A DNA stretch of 32,000 nt. Source: Prochlorococcus marinus str. NATL2A (GTDB taxonomy: Bacteria; Cyanobacteriota; Cyanobacteriia; PCC-6307; Cyanobiaceae). This document shows, piece by piece, positions 1 through 9,353 of the stretch; the first letter of the stretch is position 1, and each line of letters opens with the position of its first letter. The stretch is taken from NCBI RefSeq assembly GCF_000012465.1, contig NC_007335.2, forward strand, positions 1,170,001 to 1,202,000, given 5' to 3'. The notes under the pieces were generated by a model that saw nothing but the letters and a program-made list of their open reading frames with translations, ran no database searches and was not told where the DNA came from. A program made the position numbers and the translations under genes.

Positions 1-1029
1 AAGAATGCTCTAAGCGAGAAAGTAACCAAGGCTACTCCTGCCAAAGCTGCTACTCCTGCCAAAGCTGCTACTCCTGCCAAAGCTGCTACTCCTGCCAAAG
101 CTGCTACTCCTTCAAAAGCTTCTGCGGCAAAGAAACCTCATGCAGATGTACCGGTTAATACCTACAAACCAAAAGCACCTTTCACCGGAACAGTAACTGA
201 AAATTATTCCGCACTTAAGGAAGGAGCAATTGGAAAAGTACAACATATAACTTTTGATCTTTCTGGAGGAGACCCTGACTTTAAATATGTTGAGGGTCAA
301 AGTTGCGGCATACTTGCTGCAGGTGAAGATGCGAAAGGCAAACCCCATAGACCGAGACTTTATTCAATTGCAAGTACTAGATATGGTGATAACTTTGCAG
401 GAAATACACTCTCATTATGTGTTCGCCAACTTCAGTACGAAAAAGATGGTGAAACTATAAATGGAGTTTGCTCTACTTATTTATGCAACCTATCCCCTGG
501 GGATAAGGTCAAAATCAGTGGGCCTGTAGGGAAAGAAATGCTTCTTCCTGAAGAAGAAGATTCAAACATAATAATGCTTGCTACAGGTACTGGTATAGCT
601 CCAATGAGGGCATATCTTAGAAGAATGTTTGAACCTACTGAAATAGAAAAACATCAGTGGAATTTCAAAGGAAAAGCTTGGTTATTTATGGGTGCACCTA
701 AGACAGCAAACTTGCTTTATGATGCTGATTTTGAGCACTACAAATCAAAGTTCCCTGAAAATCTTAGATACACAAAAGCTATATCTAGAGAACAGAACAA
801 TACAAAAGGAGGAAGAATGTACATACAAGATAGGGTCCTTGAACATGCAGAAGAAATATTCGACATGATTGAGAATCCTAAAACTCACATTTACTTGTGT
901 GGATTAAAAGGAATGGAGCCAGGTATAGATGAGGCAATGACAACAGCGGCTTCTGCAAAAGGTTTAGATTGGTCTGAACTTAGACCTAAACTTAGAAAAG
1001 CAGGCAGATGGCATGCTGAAACTTACTAG
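1..1029 (+). CDS. petH: Ferredoxin-NADP+ reductase, 5'-truncated by the window edge
   Basis: Frame 1 has no stop from base 1 to TAG at 1027-1029. My translation of 1-537 (KNALSEKVTKATPAKAATPAK...KKPHADVPVNTYKPKAPFTGTV...HRPRLYSIASTRYGD...) joins the listed 538-1029 ORF. Motifs: RLYSIAS (FAD-binding), MLATGTGIAP (NADP-binding), C-terminal WHAETY. Confidence 0.93.
   Translation, partial: KNALSEKVTKATPAKAATPAKAATPAKAATPAKAATPSKASAAKKPHADVPVNTYKPKAPFTGTVTENYSALKEGAIGKVQHITFDLSGGDPDFKYVEGQSCGILAAGEDAKGKPHRPRLYSIASTRYGDNFAGNTLSLCVRQLQYEKDGETINGVCSTYLCNLSPGDKVKISGPVGKEMLLPEEEDSNIIMLATGTGIAPMRAYLRRMFEPTEIEKHQWNFKGKAWLFMGAPKTANLLYDADFEHYKSKFPENLRYTKAISREQNNTKGGRMYIQDRVLEHAEEIFDMIENPKTHIYLCGLKGMEPGIDEAMTTAASAKGLDWSELRPKLRKAGRWHAETY
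28..117 (+). repeat. In-frame 18-bp tandem repeat (about 5 copies, 3 perfect) encoding (A)ATPAK in the petH linker
   Basis: gctgctactcctgccaaa is identical at 46-63, 64-81 and 82-99. Flanking copies 28-45 and 100-117 are slightly diverged. The repeat lies in the petH reading frame just upstream of the catalytic domain. Confidence 0.9.
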
Positions 1030-1201
1030 ATAAATAAAAAGTCTGGAAAGCGATAATTATTAATTACTTTATAAATATTTTTTCTATATTTAACTAATCA
1101 ATATCAATTTTGTTTTTAGGCATCCGTCCACCAAAAATGGAGGAATGTATGGAAGCAACTTGAATTTAATATTTCTCATCTGATTGGCAAGGAATTTATT
1201 A

Positions 1202-2725
1202 ATGAGCATGCCAGTAACAAATCCATTGAGAATAGGGCTTCGCCAAGAGCGAGTAGTACCTCCTCAATGTCTGGTTATATTTGGGGCCTCTGGAGATCTA
1301 ACACACAGGAAACTAGTTCCTGCTCTATTTGAACTCTTTAAGCAAAGAAGATTACCAAGTGAGTTTGCCATTTTAGGCTGTGCGAGAAGACCTTGGACTG
1401 ATGAAATATTTAAAGAAAAAATGGAAGAAGCTCTTTCTTCTCAAATAAAAGAAAGTCCAAAAGAGTGGGAATTATTTTCTCAAAATCTTTTTTATGAGCC
1501 TGTAGATCTGCAACAACCTGAACACCTAGTAAAACTTGGAGAAAGACTTGAAATAATTGACAAGCTAAAAGCGACTCACGGTCATCGAACTTTTTACCTT
1601 TCAGTATCTCCAAAGTTCTATGGAAGTGGATGCAGAGCTTTAGCTGCAGCTGGATTATTGAAAGATCCAAAACGAAGTAGGGTCGTAATCGAAAAACCCT
1701 TTGGAAGAGATTTCAATAGCGCTCAGTCACTCAATTCTCTCGTTCAGGGATGTGCCCAAGAAAGTCAAATATTTCGAATAGATCATTATTTGGGTAAAGA
1801 AACAGTTCAAAATATTCTTGTTCTCCGATTTGCAAACACGATCTTTGAACCTATTTGGAATAGAAATTATATATCGAGTGTTCAAATTACCAGTTCTGAA
1901 ACAGTTGGAGTTGAAGATCGAGCTGGATATTACGAATCTTCAGGCGCCTTAAGAGATATGGTTCAAAATCATCTAACTCAAATGCTTGCTCTAACAGCAA
2001 TGGAACCACCTGGGCATTTTGATCCAGAAGCCATAAGGAATGAAAAAGCTAAGGTTCTTCAGGCAGTTAAGCTTGCGAATGAAGAAAAGCCTTGGGAATG
2101 TTGCGTTAGAGGTCAATACTCAAAGGGAGGTAGCGATGAAGAACCACTCCTAGGTTACAGAGATGAACCAGGTGTTGATCCAAACAGCACAACCGAAACA
2201 TATGTAGCTATGAAGCTTTTCATAGATAATTGGAGATGGCAGGGGGTCCCTTTTTATGTAAGGACTGGAAAACGTTTAGCTAAAAGGCTTAGTGAGGTTG
2301 TTCTCACATTTAGAGAAGCACCTGTTCACCTTTTTGATGCTGCAGGTGGGTGCCCAACTTCAAACCAATTAATTCTTAGAATTCAACCCAACGAAGGGGC
2401 TGAATTTAGTTTTGAGGTTAAATCTCCAGGGTCAGGGATGAGAAGTAGACCTGTAAATATGGAGTTTTCCTATGATGAATCCTTTGGAGAGCCATCAGAT
2501 GAAGGTTATGTGAGACTCCTTGCTGATGCAATGCTCGGAGATCCAACATTGTTTACTCGAAGCGATGAAGTAGAGGCTGCTTGGCGTTTATATACTCCTC
2601 TACTTGAAAAGATTGAGGATTCTCCTTGGGAATTACCTATTTATCCTTATGAATCAAGGACATGGGGGCCGACTGAATCAGACTTACTTATTGGCAAAGA
2701 TCAACTTCTATGGAGAAGACCTTGA
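1202..2725 (+). CDS. zwf: Glucose-6-phosphate 1-dehydrogenase
   Basis: Motifs: GASGDLTHRKL (NADP binding), RIDHYLGKE (active-site signature), EKPFGRD. The track starts at TTG 1184; I prefer the first ATG at 1202 (MSMPVTNPL...). The stop is secure. Confidence 0.92.
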   Translation: MSMPVTNPLRIGLRQERVVPPQCLVIFGASGDLTHRKLVPALFELFKQRRLPSEFAILGCARRPWTDEIFKEKMEEALSSQIKESPKEWELFSQNLFYEPVDLQQPEHLVKLGERLEIIDKLKATHGHRTFYLSVSPKFYGSGCRALAAAGLLKDPKRSRVVIEKPFGRDFNSAQSLNSLVQGCAQESQIFRIDHYLGKETVQNILVLRFANTIFEPIWNRNYISSVQITSSETVGVEDRAGYYESSGALRDMVQNHLTQMLALTAMEPPGHFDPEAIRNEKAKVLQAVKLANEEKPWECCVRGQYSKGGSDEEPLLGYRDEPGVDPNSTTETYVAMKLFIDNWRWQGVPFYVRTGKRLAKRLSEVVLTFREAPVHLFDAAGGCPTSNQLILRIQPNEGAEFSFEVKSPGSGMRSRPVNMEFSYDESFGEPSDEGYVRLLADAMLGDPTLFTRSDEVEAAWRLYTPLLEKIEDSPWELPIYPYESRTWGPTESDLLIGKDQLLWRRP

Positions 2726-2763
2726 AAAAATTGAATCCAATTCTTTTATTTGAACCAAATTAG

Positions 2764-4071
2764 ATGTCTCCTCAATTAACCCTACAAACACCCCTTCAGT
2801 TACCTCCAACTGAAATTCCTACCTATCTTGAGCAACTATGGTCTCATGATGAGCGAGGAGATAAAGGAGCCAACACTTTTTGTTTAATTGTCTGGCAACC
2901 TGCTTGGATTGAACAAAAGCTCGTCAAAACTGGGCATATATCTGGACCCATAGTAGGGAATCAAAGAAATGACCTTATAGAAGCTGCAAGAGAAATCATC
3001 TTAAAAGGTGATCTTCCTAACAGTACTTCACCACTAGATTTTAGAGTTCAATCCTCAATTCATGGCGAAGAGTTAATTGAAAATGTAGACGACCTAAGGG
3101 GACAACACATTGACACCTCAATTAGTAATTTGCAACCCCGAAGATTAATAACTATTGCACCAACTATTGACAAAGAAAATAATTTAGAAACTTTAGTAGC
3201 AGCATATTGCCCACTTCCCGAAGAAAGCGGAGGCAAAACAGCATGCGGCGACGTGATTGTTTTAAGAGGCAATAAAGCTGCTATCAATGATGGGCTTGAA
3301 ATTGTAGAGAATCTTGTTCCCGAGGAACTTCCATCTTGGCTGTGGTGGAATGGAAGAATTGATGAGGCTCCTGAATTCCTCAATGCACTATCTCTCCCAA
3401 ATCGAAGATTAATTGTTGATACTGCACTTGGTGAACCAATAGTCTGCTTAAATTTATTGCTTCAAAGAATCCAATCTGGACAAGCTGTTAACGACCTAAA
3501 TTGGCTTCGCCTTAGAGGTTGGAGAGAAACCTTAGCGATGGTATTTGATCCTCTTCAAAGAAGAAATGCCCTTGAAAATTTACAAAAAATTGATATAGAT
3601 ATTGAGGGCACACAAACAGTTCAAGGTCTTTTACTTGCTGCATGGATTGCCGATCGTCTCAACTGGAAACTAGAAAGTAGTATCTCCTCAAAGAAAGATC
3701 AACTGAAAGTAAATTTTCTTCGTCCTGACAAAATTCTTGTTCAAGTTGGTATAACTTCTCTACCAATTGGTAAGCCAAGCATAAATCCTGGTCAAATAGT
3801 TGGTCTGAGATTAATTGCAAAAGCCAATAACAAACAAAAAAGCGATATTTGTGTAATCCTCGCATCAGAATCTGGAGAATGCATGAGATTAGAAGCGGGA
3901 GGGATGGCAAGAATGGAACTTATTGAACAAGTCGTTCCTATTCAAAAGAACTCTTTAGAAAATGATGTAGCTCGTTTACTTTCTAGTAGTAGAGGCAATA
4001 CGAGTCCTTTGCTTGAGAGTGCGACACCAATAGCAAAAGAAATGCTTGATTTAGTTAATCAAGCAAACTAA
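2764..4071 (+). CDS. opcA: OpcA, the G6PDH assembly/allosteric activator protein
   Basis: 435-aa ORF 38 bp downstream of zwf on the same strand, which is the conserved cyanobacterial zwf-opcA pair. Size and position fit OpcA. I can name no catalytic motif from memory. Confidence 0.85.
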   Translation: MSPQLTLQTPLQLPPTEIPTYLEQLWSHDERGDKGANTFCLIVWQPAWIEQKLVKTGHISGPIVGNQRNDLIEAAREIILKGDLPNSTSPLDFRVQSSIHGEELIENVDDLRGQHIDTSISNLQPRRLITIAPTIDKENNLETLVAAYCPLPEESGGKTACGDVIVLRGNKAAINDGLEIVENLVPEELPSWLWWNGRIDEAPEFLNALSLPNRRLIVDTALGEPIVCLNLLLQRIQSGQAVNDLNWLRLRGWRETLAMVFDPLQRRNALENLQKIDIDIEGTQTVQGLLLAAWIADRLNWKLESSISSKKDQLKVNFLRPDKILVQVGITSLPIGKPSINPGQIVGLRLIAKANNKQKSDICVILASESGECMRLEAGGMARMELIEQVVPIQKNSLENDVARLLSSSRGNTSPLLESATPIAKEMLDLVNQAN

Positions 4072-4084
4072 ATATAGTCATTAG

Positions 4085-5440
4085 ATGGCATGCGTAATCT
4101 CTGCAATATCAAGTAACAGTGGTAAAACTCTTTTAAGTCTTCTTTTAATTTCTTGGTTAAAAAGTATAAATAAAACAGTTCAAACCTTTAAAGTTGGGCC
4201 TGATTATTTAGACCCTCAACAACTCACTGCAGTTTCAAAAAAAGCTTGTCGCAATCTAGATTTAGTTCTCTCTGGAGAAAGTTGGGTTAAAGAAAATTTC
4301 AATCACTACGGAGGCTTAACTGATTATTCGTTTGTTGAAGGGGTAATGGGATTATTCGATGGAATTGGCAGTAGCTCAAAGGGGAGCACCGCTGAGTTAG
4401 CTAAGGTTTTAAACCTGCCAGTAGTCCTTATTGTTGATGCTAGAGGGAAGGCTGCATCACTAGCAGCCTTGATAAAAGGATTTAGAGAGCACGATAAAGA
4501 ATTAAAAATTGCAGGCGTTGTTCTCAACAATGTTCAAACTCCTAGACATGAAAAAATATTATTTGAGGTTCTTGATCAAATCAATATAAAGTCATTTGGT
4601 TCTCTTCCGTTATGCAAAGACTTATATCTTCCAGCAAGGGATTTAGGTTTAGCTCCGGCTCATGAAATTTTAGACTTAGATATTAAAGTTAAAAAGTGGA
4701 CATCAATAGCCAAAGATTATCTAGATATAGAGAGTTTTAGAAAGCTTTTATTACCTCCAGAATCTAACAACAAAACAGTTAGCTTTTTACCAAAGAAAGA
4801 ATCAGGCTTTATGCACCCAATAGCTATCGCTGAAGATGAAGCTTTCCATTTCAGGTATCAAGAAACAAAAGAATTATTAGAAGATAACGGAATGCCAACT
4901 ATTACTTGGAAACCTCTTGAAAACGAACTGATCCCAAAAGAAGCTAGAGGATTAATAATACCTGGAGGTTTCCCTGAGCAACATGCACACCAATTGAGTA
5001 ATTCAAGAATAAGCCTGAACTCAATAAAGATATTTTCAAAAAAGTATCCTATATACGCTGAATGTGGTGGAATGATGCTTTTAGGTGAAAGTATATTTGA
5101 TATTGAAGGGAGAGAATATTCAATGGCTGGAATATTACCATTTAAGGCTAAAAAGGGTAATTTAAAAATTGGTTATCGAGAAGCAACAAGTAAAAACAAA
5201 AGTCCTATTACCACTCTTGGCAGTAAGTTAATAGGACATGAATTTCATCGCTGGGAAATAATTAATGAACGGTATAATTCAAAAATAAATCCACTATGGG
5301 ATCTTAAAGGATGGAATATGGAGATTAAAAATGAAGGTTTTTGTAATCATTTAATTCATGCAAGCTGGGTACATCTGCATTGGGCAAGTTCGCCTCTTAT
5401 TCTAGAAAATTGGAAAAGAAGTGTTATGAATAAGGTCTAA
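4085..5440 (+). CDS. cobB: Cobyrinic acid a,c-diamide synthase (CobB/CbiA family)
   Basis: N-terminal P-loop-like SSNSGKT in a CobQ/CobB/MinD-type ATPase domain. C-terminal glutamine amidotransferase part with YAECGGMMLL (nucleophile Cys) and GHEFH. Confidence 0.86.
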   Translation: MACVISAISSNSGKTLLSLLLISWLKSINKTVQTFKVGPDYLDPQQLTAVSKKACRNLDLVLSGESWVKENFNHYGGLTDYSFVEGVMGLFDGIGSSSKGSTAELAKVLNLPVVLIVDARGKAASLAALIKGFREHDKELKIAGVVLNNVQTPRHEKILFEVLDQINIKSFGSLPLCKDLYLPARDLGLAPAHEILDLDIKVKKWTSIAKDYLDIESFRKLLLPPESNNKTVSFLPKKESGFMHPIAIAEDEAFHFRYQETKELLEDNGMPTITWKPLENELIPKEARGLIIPGGFPEQHAHQLSNSRISLNSIKIFSKKYPIYAECGGMMLLGESIFDIEGREYSMAGILPFKAKKGNLKIGYREATSKNKSPITTLGSKLIGHEFHRWEIINERYNSKINPLWDLKGWNMEIKNEGFCNHLIHASWVHLHWASSPLILENWKRSVMNKV

Positions 5441-5474
5441 AGCAAATCTATTTGTATAAATAACATTTTACAAA

Positions 5475-6935
5475 TCAATCCATTAATAATTTCTCTAAAA
5501 GAGCTTGATTCATCTTGCTTTTATTATCACCAACGATCCATACTCCTTTACTCGCTCTGCTTACAGCAACATATACAAGCCTTCTTCTAAATTCAAGATC
5601 TTTCGGCCAAAAGGCATCAGAAGTTATAAACACTTCTCCAAAAGTACTTCCTTGACTCCTGTGTATTGTAAGTACGGAAGCAGGACCTAAAGAGGCGAAT
5701 GAATCTCTGATAAAAAAGAAAAGTTTCCAAGTCGAGGCACTATTTTTTCGTCCTCTCTCTCTTGCCAAATTGCTCAATTCATTCAAAGAAAGATCCAAAT
5801 CTTTACGAGCTTTAGAACCTATTTGAGGCATTAACCTCAAAGAAAATTCTTTTTGATCGCAGTTAACTTTAGCTACCTGAGTTTCAATAACTGGTAAAGG
5901 GTTTTCAAAATCTTGATGGATTCCTAAAGAGGCCAAGTCAAAACTATTTGGAATAACATCTTCTACCACCATCTCTCTATTGGAACTAATCAAAATATCT
6001 GGTTCTTCACCCAGCTCATCCACATTTAAAGACGCATTTACCATTACAGCTTTACGGCTTATTAAAACCTCTCCAGGTAAAACCTGATATTGATCTGCCA
6101 TCTCACCATGTATAGCTCTTCTTGCATGAGGAACTAAATTATCAACAATACGGTTCGTATAACACAAAATTCTTGCTCTATCGTGATCATCCTCTAAGGA
6201 AGATAACCTCAATGCTAATTTAGCTCTTTCAAGCCAACTTGTTCTATCTAATATTCCAACATTACCTTTCTTAGAATTAATAACCTTTACTAATGGTGGT
6301 TGCATACAAGGGATTTGCCCGTCTCTAATTACTTTTGCCAATTTCAGAACAGGCCCTTGATGACGAACAACTTCCCTAAGTTCAGTATTTACAGCTCTTT
6401 TCATTAAAAAAACTGAGCTAGTACTTTCTCCCACTGGTGGTAGTTGAGCAGGATCGCCAACAAAAACCAAACGAGTCGAATTGCATCTTGCGCATTCAAG
6501 AGTTATCTCCAATAATTTGGAATCAATCATTGATGCTTCATCAATTAAAACAAGTCCTAAATTCTCCAAAGAGCTCTCTGTTTGATCTGTTTTTTCACAT
6601 ATTTCTATATCCGCCTGTCTCTTTAACTTAAGTCGAAGCAAACGGTGAATAGTAGAGGGGAACCATGTGGGTTGAATAGATTCATTTTTCAACCCCTCCC
6701 TTAGTACACCTACCGCTTTATGAGTTGGTGCAACTACTGTCCAACACAAACCTAACTGATCGACCTTTTTTAATAATTTCATCGATAAATATGTTTTTCC
6801 GCTACCTGCAAAGCCTTTCATTACAAAGGGCTTAAAGGAATACGGGGCCTCTAGCCATTCACAGAAAATTTGAAGAGATTTTTCTTGATCCTTAGTTAAA
6901 ACAACACGATCTTCTTTTGGTTTTACCTCTTTCAC
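5475..6935 (-). CDS. SF1 DNA helicase, RecD/Dda/PIF1-like (AAA_30 + UvrD_C_2 type)
   Basis: Walker A GFAGSGKTY, VVAPTHKAV (Ia), LVLIDEASMI (II), VFVGDPAQLPPV (III), LTIHRSQGSTF (V), YVAVSRAS (VI). GTG start overlaps the upstream stop by 4 nt. Confidence 0.82.
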   Translation of the reverse strand: MKEVKPKEDRVVLTKDQEKSLQIFCEWLEAPYSFKPFVMKGFAGSGKTYLSMKLLKKVDQLGLCWTVVAPTHKAVGVLREGLKNESIQPTWFPSTIHRLLRLKLKRQADIEICEKTDQTESSLENLGLVLIDEASMIDSKLLEITLECARCNSTRLVFVGDPAQLPPVGESTSSVFLMKRAVNTELREVVRHQGPVLKLAKVIRDGQIPCMQPPLVKVINSKKGNVGILDRTSWLERAKLALRLSSLEDDHDRARILCYTNRIVDNLVPHARRAIHGEMADQYQVLPGEVLISRKAVMVNASLNVDELGEEPDILISSNREMVVEDVIPNSFDLASLGIHQDFENPLPVIETQVAKVNCDQKEFSLRLMPQIGSKARKDLDLSLNELSNLARERGRKNSASTWKLFFFIRDSFASLGPASVLTIHRSQGSTFGEVFITSDAFWPKDLEFRRRLVYVAVSRASKGVWIVGDNKSKMNQALLEKLLMD

Positions 6936-7447
6936 AAAGAAACTAATCCAATCATTTGCAAAATATGCAGAGGGGAACCAATGAAAAAAATACCTGGTAA
7001 AGCAACAATTGGTCCAAGAATACTTCCTACCAATACCTCAATTTTTGTGTGCCCTAATGATTCTTTCAAAGTAGTTTCTGATGATAATTCGTTGGAATTA
7101 TCTTTTAAAATTTGATTGACTTTAGCTGCTGTTAAGCCTGCCGACCTTCTTATGCCCGAAGCGTCGTACATCACAATAAAAGCAATTGTTGAAGCCAAAG
7201 CAAATACTGGATCATTAAAACCAAGCTGAAGTCCAATTCCTGCAGCAGTTCCTGTTACCAAAGCCGAGTGACTGGAAGGCATACCTCCTGTTTCAATAAG
7301 TACTGACGGTCTCCACCGTTGCTTAAAAATTAATTCGAATAATAATTTAGAAAATTGAGCAAGACCACATGCTGCTAACCCCCAAGCCAATACAGCATTA
7401 TCAAGAATATAAATAAATTGAAATTCGAAAGCTGAATTAAGATTCAT
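6932..7447 (-). CDS. Divergent PAP2 / acid phosphatase-vanadium haloperoxidase-related membrane protein (DUF212)
   Basis: 171 aa, multi-TM, with the family-typical [11 protein letters not shown] motif. ATG overlaps the crtE stop (ATGA). Confidence 0.72.
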   Translation of the reverse strand: MNLNSAFEFQFIYILDNAVLAWGLAACGLAQFSKLLFELIFKQRWRPSVLIETGGMPSSHSALVTGTAAGIGLQLGFNDPVFALASTIAFIVMYDASGIRRSAGLTAAKVNQILKDNSNELSSETTLKESLGHTKIEVLVGSILGPIVALPGIFFIGSPLHILQMIGLVSL

Positions 7448-8343
7448 CTATCTCTACTTGTAATGTAATCAGCCAATGCAAGAAGAGGTTTTGATTTTTC
7501 TGGCCAAGGATCAAGAGCACTTTTTGCTTTAGCTACTAAAAGATCTGCTCTCCTTCTTGATTCATCAAGACCAAGTAATTTGGGGTAAGTAGTCTTATCA
7601 GCAATTAAATCCTTTCCTGCCGTTTTTCCCAATACTTCACTACTTGCAGTTACATCAAGAATGTCATCAATTATTTGGAATGCCAATCCAATCCCTCTCG
7701 CATAGATACTTAGTGCCTCTAGGAGTTTCTCATCAGCTCCGCCAATCAATGCTCCGCAAGTGACACATGCCTTAAGCAGAGCTCCTGTTTTATGAAGGTG
7801 AATGTACTCCAAAGTTTCTAAATCAACTTCTTTCCCTTCACAATCGAGATCAACTACTTGTCCTCCAACAAGCCCAGGAGCCCCTGCCGCTAAAGAAAGC
7901 TCACCAATTATTTTCAATAGTCTCTCTGAAGGTATTCCCTCTGTTCGAATTGACACCATCTCAAAAGCTCTGGTCAATAGAGCATCTCCAGCAAGTATGG
8001 CCACCGCATCTCCGTAAACCTTGTGATTAGTTGGACGCCCTCGACGAAGATCATCATTATCCATTGAAGGCAGATCATCATGGATAAGAGACATTGTATG
8101 AATCATTTCCAGAGCGACTGCTGTTGGCAATGCTTTTTCAAGTTCGCCTCCAGCGAGTTCGCAGGCAGCAAGACAAAGTATTGGTCTCAATCTCTTCCCT
8201 CCCGCTAAAAGGGAATAGCGCATAGATTCCCTTAATTTTTCTGGCTTTTCAGGGCCCAGAGACGCATCCAGCGCATCTTCAACGCGAGTTCTAGCTTTCT
8301 CTAGATACTCAGCGAAGTCAAAAGAAGCGATTGCTTCCTGCAT
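7444..8343 (-). CDS. crtE: Geranylgeranyl diphosphate synthase (polyprenyl synthetase)
   Basis: First aspartate-rich motif [18 protein letters not shown] and second motif IIDDILD. 299 aa. Confidence 0.88.
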   Translation of the reverse strand: MQEAIASFDFAEYLEKARTRVEDALDASLGPEKPEKLRESMRYSLLAGGKRLRPILCLAACELAGGELEKALPTAVALEMIHTMSLIHDDLPSMDNDDLRRGRPTNHKVYGDAVAILAGDALLTRAFEMVSIRTEGIPSERLLKIIGELSLAAGAPGLVGGQVVDLDCEGKEVDLETLEYIHLHKTGALLKACVTCGALIGGADEKLLEALSIYARGIGLAFQIIDDILDVTASSEVLGKTAGKDLIADKTTYPKLLGLDESRRRADLLVAKAKSALDPWPEKSKPLLALADYITSRDR

Positions 8344-8385
8344 GCAAAAATTCGATTCTTACCAATTCTCTCAGGACATTGTGAT

Positions 8386-9297
8386 TCATGGAAGTAAATG
8401 ACTAATAGTTAAAGGTAATCCACAATGTTTCTGCCACCTATCAACAGTATTTGCTAGAAGCATTGTTACTGTCATAGGCCCTACACCGCCTGGGACAGGA
8501 GAATAAGCAGCTACTTTATCTTCAATTTCAAATATCTTTACATCTCCACAAAGTTTAGTCTTTTTGAGCTCTTTCATATTTTCTTCATCAGGCGGAAGTC
8601 TATGAATGCCTACATCAATAACAACGCAATTCTCACTTACATGATTTTCCCCAATCAAATAGGGCTTGCCAGCTGCTACTACTAGTAAATCTGCCTCCTT
8701 TGTCAAAGAAGGTAAATCTTTAGTTTTTGAGTGAGCAATCGTGACAGTGGCATTTGCAGCTTCAAGCATTAAAGCCATTGGCTTACCAACAAGAATACTG
8801 CGTCCAACTACAACAGCTCTTTTCCCTTCGATTTTAATTTGATTTCGCTCAAGCAGAGACATAACACCAGCAGGGGTGCATGATCTTGGGCCTTTTTCTC
8901 CCTTTATTAATCTTCCTAAGTTCAAAGGATGTAGACCATCAGCATCCTTATCAGGATCAATACTCCTTAACAAGGCGGTCTCATCAAGGTGCGAAGGTAA
9001 TGGTAGTTGCAATAAAATCCCATCTACGTTCTTTTCTTCATTCAAGCTTTTAATGATTTCTGTAAGTTCCTCCAATGAAATATCTTCTTTTAAATGCTTT
9101 GCAAAACTTCTAACACCTATTCGATCGCATGCTTTTTCCTTGTAATTGACATAAACTCCACTGGCAGGATCATCCCCAACCCTAAGAACAGCAAGACCAG
9201 GACGACGTTTCGCAACTTCAAGACCAGATTCGATAGCCTGTTGAAGTATGAGTTCAATCTCCTGAGCAAGTTTTTTTCCATCTAAAATTTTTGGCAT
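8386..9297 (-). CDS. folD: Bifunctional 5,10-methylene-THF dehydrogenase / methenyl-THF cyclohydrolase
   Basis: Motifs [33 protein letters not shown]. Typical 300-aa length. Confidence 0.93.
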   Translation of the reverse strand: MPKILDGKKLAQEIELILQQAIESGLEVAKRRPGLAVLRVGDDPASGVYVNYKEKACDRIGVRSFAKHLKEDISLEELTEIIKSLNEEKNVDGILLQLPLPSHLDETALLRSIDPDKDADGLHPLNLGRLIKGEKGPRSCTPAGVMSLLERNQIKIEGKRAVVVGRSILVGKPMALMLEAANATVTIAHSKTKDLPSLTKEADLLVVAAGKPYLIGENHVSENCVVIDVGIHRLPPDEENMKELKKTKLCGDVKIFEIEDKVAAYSPVPGGVGPMTVTMLLANTVDRWQKHCGLPLTISHLLP

Positions 9298-9353
9298 AAG
9301 TAAAATGAATACGATTTCAATTAATCAACGCTCTAAACCTAGCGTCAGAGTAG

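Noticed and set aside
28-117. Tandem 18-bp repeat considered as a CRISPR array or non-coding satellite
   Set aside because: The repeats are directly adjacent with no spacers. They are in frame with petH and encode a Pro/Ala/Lys linker. This is a coding tandem repeat, not a CRISPR array.
112-460. 78-aa minus-strand and 68-aa plus-strand ORFs at the left edge
   Set aside because: Both lie within the petH reading frame, which is open from base 1 and shows FNR motifs. They are alternative-frame artefacts.
1184-1201. TTG start for zwf proposed by the ORF track
   Set aside because: An ATG at 1202 gives MSMPVTNPL..., and the extra 6 residues add nothing conserved. I kept the ATG, but the call is uncertain without N-terminal data.
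3060-3910. 107-aa and 83-aa minus-strand ORFs inside opcA
   Set aside because: These are antisense shadow ORFs with Ser/Leu-rich composition. opcA occupies the locus continuously in the conserved zwf-opcA arrangement.
9300-9312. GTA-aaatgaa-TAC in the folD / HD-hydrolase divergent spacer as an NtcA site
   Set aside because: The spacer is 7 nt, not 8, and the flanks are not palindromic. It does not fit the NtcA consensus.
9328-9345. ACGCT-N8-AGCGT hairpin 9 nt upstream of the HD-hydrolase GTG
   Set aside because: It is only 5 bp with a large loop. It could occlude a ribosome-binding region, but it is not distinguishable from chance without conservation data.
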